DNA of 64,000 nucleotides from an uncultured Spirochaetota bacterium (GTDB taxonomy: Bacteria > Spirochaetota > Spirochaetia > SZUA-6 > Fen-1364): positions 512,001 to 576,000 of the forward strand of contig CAWAHW010000004.1 in assembly GCA_963781885.1 (NCBI GenBank), in the 5' to 3' direction. Positions 61,450 to 64,000 of the stretch are shown here, in pieces; the stretch's first letter is position 1, and every line of letters begins with the position of its first letter. The notes below the pieces were generated by a model. That model worked only from the letters and a program-made list of their open reading frames with translations. It had not been told where the DNA came from and ran no database searches. Made by a program: the position numbers and the translations under genes.

Positions 61450-61661
61450 TACATCGGCACGAATCCAAAGCATGCACCCCAGGCTCCGTAGCTGGCGGAT
61501 ATCACATTGTTGCGCGTCGGAGGGACGGCGTACGTGAAGATCTGGCCGACGCTGTCGGCAATGTGCAACGACACGGCGGTGTCCGCCCAATGGATGGAAA
61601 TGGCTTGAACCTGGCCCGCCAGATAGGGAATGTCACAAAGCCCGAAGGGGACCGGAACGAG
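61449..61661 (-). pseudogene. Probable 3' gene remnant without start codon
   Basis: 70 sense codons with GC-rich third positions (...FGLCDIPYLAGQVQAISIHWADTAVSLHIADSVGQIFTYAVPPTRNNVISASYGAWGACFGFVPM*) followed by a hairpin. Confidence 0.4.
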
Positions 61662-61662
61662 C

Positions 61663-64000
61663 CTACGCGTCCGGGACGGTAAGGAGCCCCCGCTTGCGTG
61701 CCAACTCTATTGCCTCCGTGCGCCGCGCGGCGCCGAGCTTCGAGAGGATGCTGGCGACGTGTGTCTTCACCGTGGGCAGGGAGACGAACAGAGCGGCCGC
61801 GATCTTGGCATTCGTCTCGCCGCGTGCCATGTGGAGGAGGACCTCGGCCTCGCGCTCGCTGAGGATCGCCTCACCGCGCGGCGCCGCCGGGACCGACACG
61901 GCCGGCGACGAACGGAGCAATCGCAGGTGGATGGCGCGCGTGAGGAAGGCCCGCTCCCGCGGCCCCAGCGACCGACTCTCGTCGGCAAGCGCGTCGCGGA
62001 ACAGGGAAGCAGGGAGCTCGTTCTCCACGACGAAGGGCATGATGAAATCCTCGGGAACGGCGTAGTGAAGGGCTTCCCGGATCGCGTCGAGTGCAGTGTC
62101 GCGGTCGTCGCCCGACCGGGCCGCCTTGAGGAGGAGGCCGTCGACCAGACCCGAAACGTCGGTGTCGGCCCGCATGCGGGCAAGCGCGTCATCCAGCCGG
62201 TCCGCTGACCGGGGATCGTCCGGAGACAGTCGGCTCTCCAGCATGAGCTCTTCCGACGTGAGCCCGTCAGGGTCTTCCTGGTCACAGAGCGCCTGATAGG
62301 CGGCCTTCATGTCGGCGTCCGCCCCGCCCAGTCGATCCAGGTCCAGGAGGTAGTGGGCGTAGACGAGGTGAAGCCGCGGCGCCGCGCAAAGGGGACGCAG
62401 GAGATTCCGTGCCTTCTCCTGCTCGCCGCGACAGATCAGGAGCTCCACCTCGTTGATCTCGAAGCCTGCATCCAACGTGCGCGGCTGGCCGTCCACCATG
62501 GGACGACCTTGCTCGAGCAGCGCGGCAGCCTCGTCGAGAAGAAAGCGCTTCATGAAGATGCCGGCGCGCCCCAGGTGGACGTACGCGGCAAGATGGGCAT
62601 GATCGGGATTTGCCACGAGCCATGTCATCATCTCATCGTAGAGTCGCAGGCATCGATCCAGCTCCCCGCACTCCTCCCGGATCTGCGCCTCCGCGATGAG
62701 CGCGAAGAATTTCATCCCCCCCGGCCCATCCCAGCCGTCGATCGACCGGAGCCGTTCGATGGCCTCCCGCGCCGGGCCCGGGCGGCATTGGCCGTTGAGC
62801 TCCATGGCGTGACGGAGCAGCATGATGATCCGGGTCGCCCCGGCCACCGACGCCCGCGGCGCGCGCCTGTCCGCCGGCGTCGTGAACCGGGGCACGAAGA
62901 CCACCGGATCAGATGTCGGCGGCGGGAACATGAATGAGAGGAAATGGGCAGTCTGGGCAAGCTCAGCCGGCGCGTCCGCGGGAAAGTGCTCGATCAGGTA
63001 GCGACATTCCGCAAGCTCATTGCGCGCGAAGTGGATAAAGGCCCGCTGCATGGCGATCTCGGGATCGGCGATCGCGCACCCGCGCGGGATGCGCAGCAGA
63101 TAGTGTGCGCCCAGGGCGGAGGAGGAGACGATGCGGGTGAGGCGCAGGATGGCCTGCTCGTCGCCGAGGAGGAGGGCAATCTCAAGGGCCGCTGCCGGCT
63201 GTCCGTCCGCCTCGTAGGCTGCCCCGGCGCGGCCGAGAGCCGGCGCCCAGCGCTCAGGGCTCGCCGTATAGCGCTCGCGGAGAAAAGCGGCCAGAAGGGG
63301 GTGGATCCGCCGCGTCTCCTCGCCCGACCGCAGCGTGCCGAGGAACGGGATGCGCCGCTGGAGGCTTGCAAGGAGCGACGGCATGTCCGACCCGGGAAAG
63401 CAGGCCTGGAGGATCGCAGCCTCGAAGTCCGGAAGGACGGCGGCCACGATCAGGATGTCCCGCTCCATCTCGCCGAGGCTGCCCACGATTTCCCGGGCAA
63501 GGAACTGCCAGAGATACGCTGTTGCCGCGGGCGTGCGGCCGGCGCCGGCTCCCGGTAACAGGCGCTCCGCGACGGCGAGCATCTGCAGCGCGCCCACCCA
63601 GCCGTCGGCACTCGAGATGAGGCGCTCCTCCACCTCCGGCATCAGCGCGAGCCCCTCGAAAGATCCCAACACGGCGCGCGCCTCTGCCTCGGTCAGGCGG
63701 AAGCCTTCGTGATCGACGTGGGTGAGCTCGCCGTGGAGCGCAAGATCGCCCAGATATTCCGTGGGCTCCTCGCGGGAGGTGACGATGAAGCGCAGCGACT
63801 CCGGCGCGCCACGAATCCATTCGAGGATCGTCAGCCATGCCTCGGTTCCGAAAAGGGCATGTGCGTCGTCCAGGACGATCACGGTGTCGGCAGCATCCGC
63901 CAGCGCGTTCGAGATGCAGGCAGCGAGGCGCTCGACGGCGCCCCGCTCGTAGCTCGCGGCAAGAAGCTCCTTCACCTGGCCCGCCGCCTCGCCGAGGAAG
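61663..64000 (-). CDS. MalT-like (LAL) regulator with C-terminal LuxR HTH (5' end off window)
   Basis: IVLDDAH, IVTSR, DGWVGAL, HPLLAAFL; LSEREAEVL...TNAKIAAALFVSLPTVKTHV. Confidence 0.9.
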   Translation of the reverse strand, partial: FLGEAAGQVKELLAASYERGAVERLAACISNALADAADTVIVLDDAHALFGTEAWLTILEWIRGAPESLRFIVTSREEPTEYLGDLALHGELTHVDHEGFRLTEAEARAVLGSFEGLALMPEVEERLISSADGWVGALQMLAVAERLLPGAGAGRTPAATAYLWQFLAREIVGSLGEMERDILIVAAVLPDFEAAILQACFPGSDMPSLLASLQRRIPFLGTLRSGEETRRIHPLLAAFLRERYTASPERWAPALGRAGAAYEADGQPAAALEIALLLGDEQAILRLTRIVSSSALGAHYLLRIPRGCAIADPEIAMQRAFIHFARNELAECRYLIEHFPADAPAELAQTAHFLSFMFPPPTSDPVVFVPRFTTPADRRAPRASVAGATRIIMLLRHAMELNGQCRPGPAREAIERLRSIDGWDGPGGMKFFALIAEAQIREECGELDRCLRLYDEMMTWLVANPDHAHLAAYVHLGRAGIFMKRFLLDEAAALLEQGRPMVDGQPRTLDAGFEINEVELLICRGEQEKARNLLRPLCAAPRLHLVYAHYLLDLDRLGGADADMKAAYQALCDQEDPDGLTSEELMLESRLSPDDPRSADRLDDALARMRADTDVSGLVDGLLLKAARSGDDRDTALDAIREALHYAVPEDFIMPFVVENELPASLFRDALADESRSLGPRERAFLTRAIHLRLLRSSPAVSVPAAPRGEAILSEREAEVLLHMARGETNAKIAAALFVSLPTVKTHVASILSKLGAARRTEAIELARKRGLLTVPDA

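Noticed and set aside
1-64000. Frequent CGATCG/GCGATCGC suggesting HIP1-like repeats
   Set aside because: Plausibly explained by GCG-ATC-GCN codon usage; enrichment cannot be tested without computation.
1-64000. Mobile elements, defence systems, tRNA or rRNA genes
   Set aside because: No transposase, integrase, nuclease-defence motifs, cloverleaf or rRNA-like segment recognised; intergenic gaps are short and mostly explained.

Overview
High-GC (roughly two-thirds G+C by eye), gene-dense bacterial chromosomal segment with about 55 CDS. The SH3/TPR/LysM envelope genes suggest an uncultured Spirochaetia-like organism (inference). I recognised no rRNA, tRNA, IS, phage or CRISPR. Blocks: (1) envelope/housekeeping genes at 1-19.2 kb; (2) a nitrogen locus with sigma54-driven glnA, an uncharacterised protein whose C-terminus looks like an atypical protein-kinase-like fold, an unusual GlnE with N-terminal GlnD-type ACT domains and apparently swapped nucleotidyltransferase halves, a folate-dependent hut operon and a 58-aa ribbon-helix-helix-like ORF missing from the ORF track; (3) an ECF sigma/anti-sigma module with a recoverable promoter motif AATCC-N16-CGTAT; (4) two LacI-controlled galactoside-type loci (GH36 + isomerase + aldolase + PfkB kinase; ABC importer + GH4), one operator-like site being shared between them. 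Eight genes carry single-base frameshifts, most likely sequencing indels, and two of these create false fusions in the ORF track. Many transcription units look leaderless. All family assignments come from motif recognition by eye; no searches were run.
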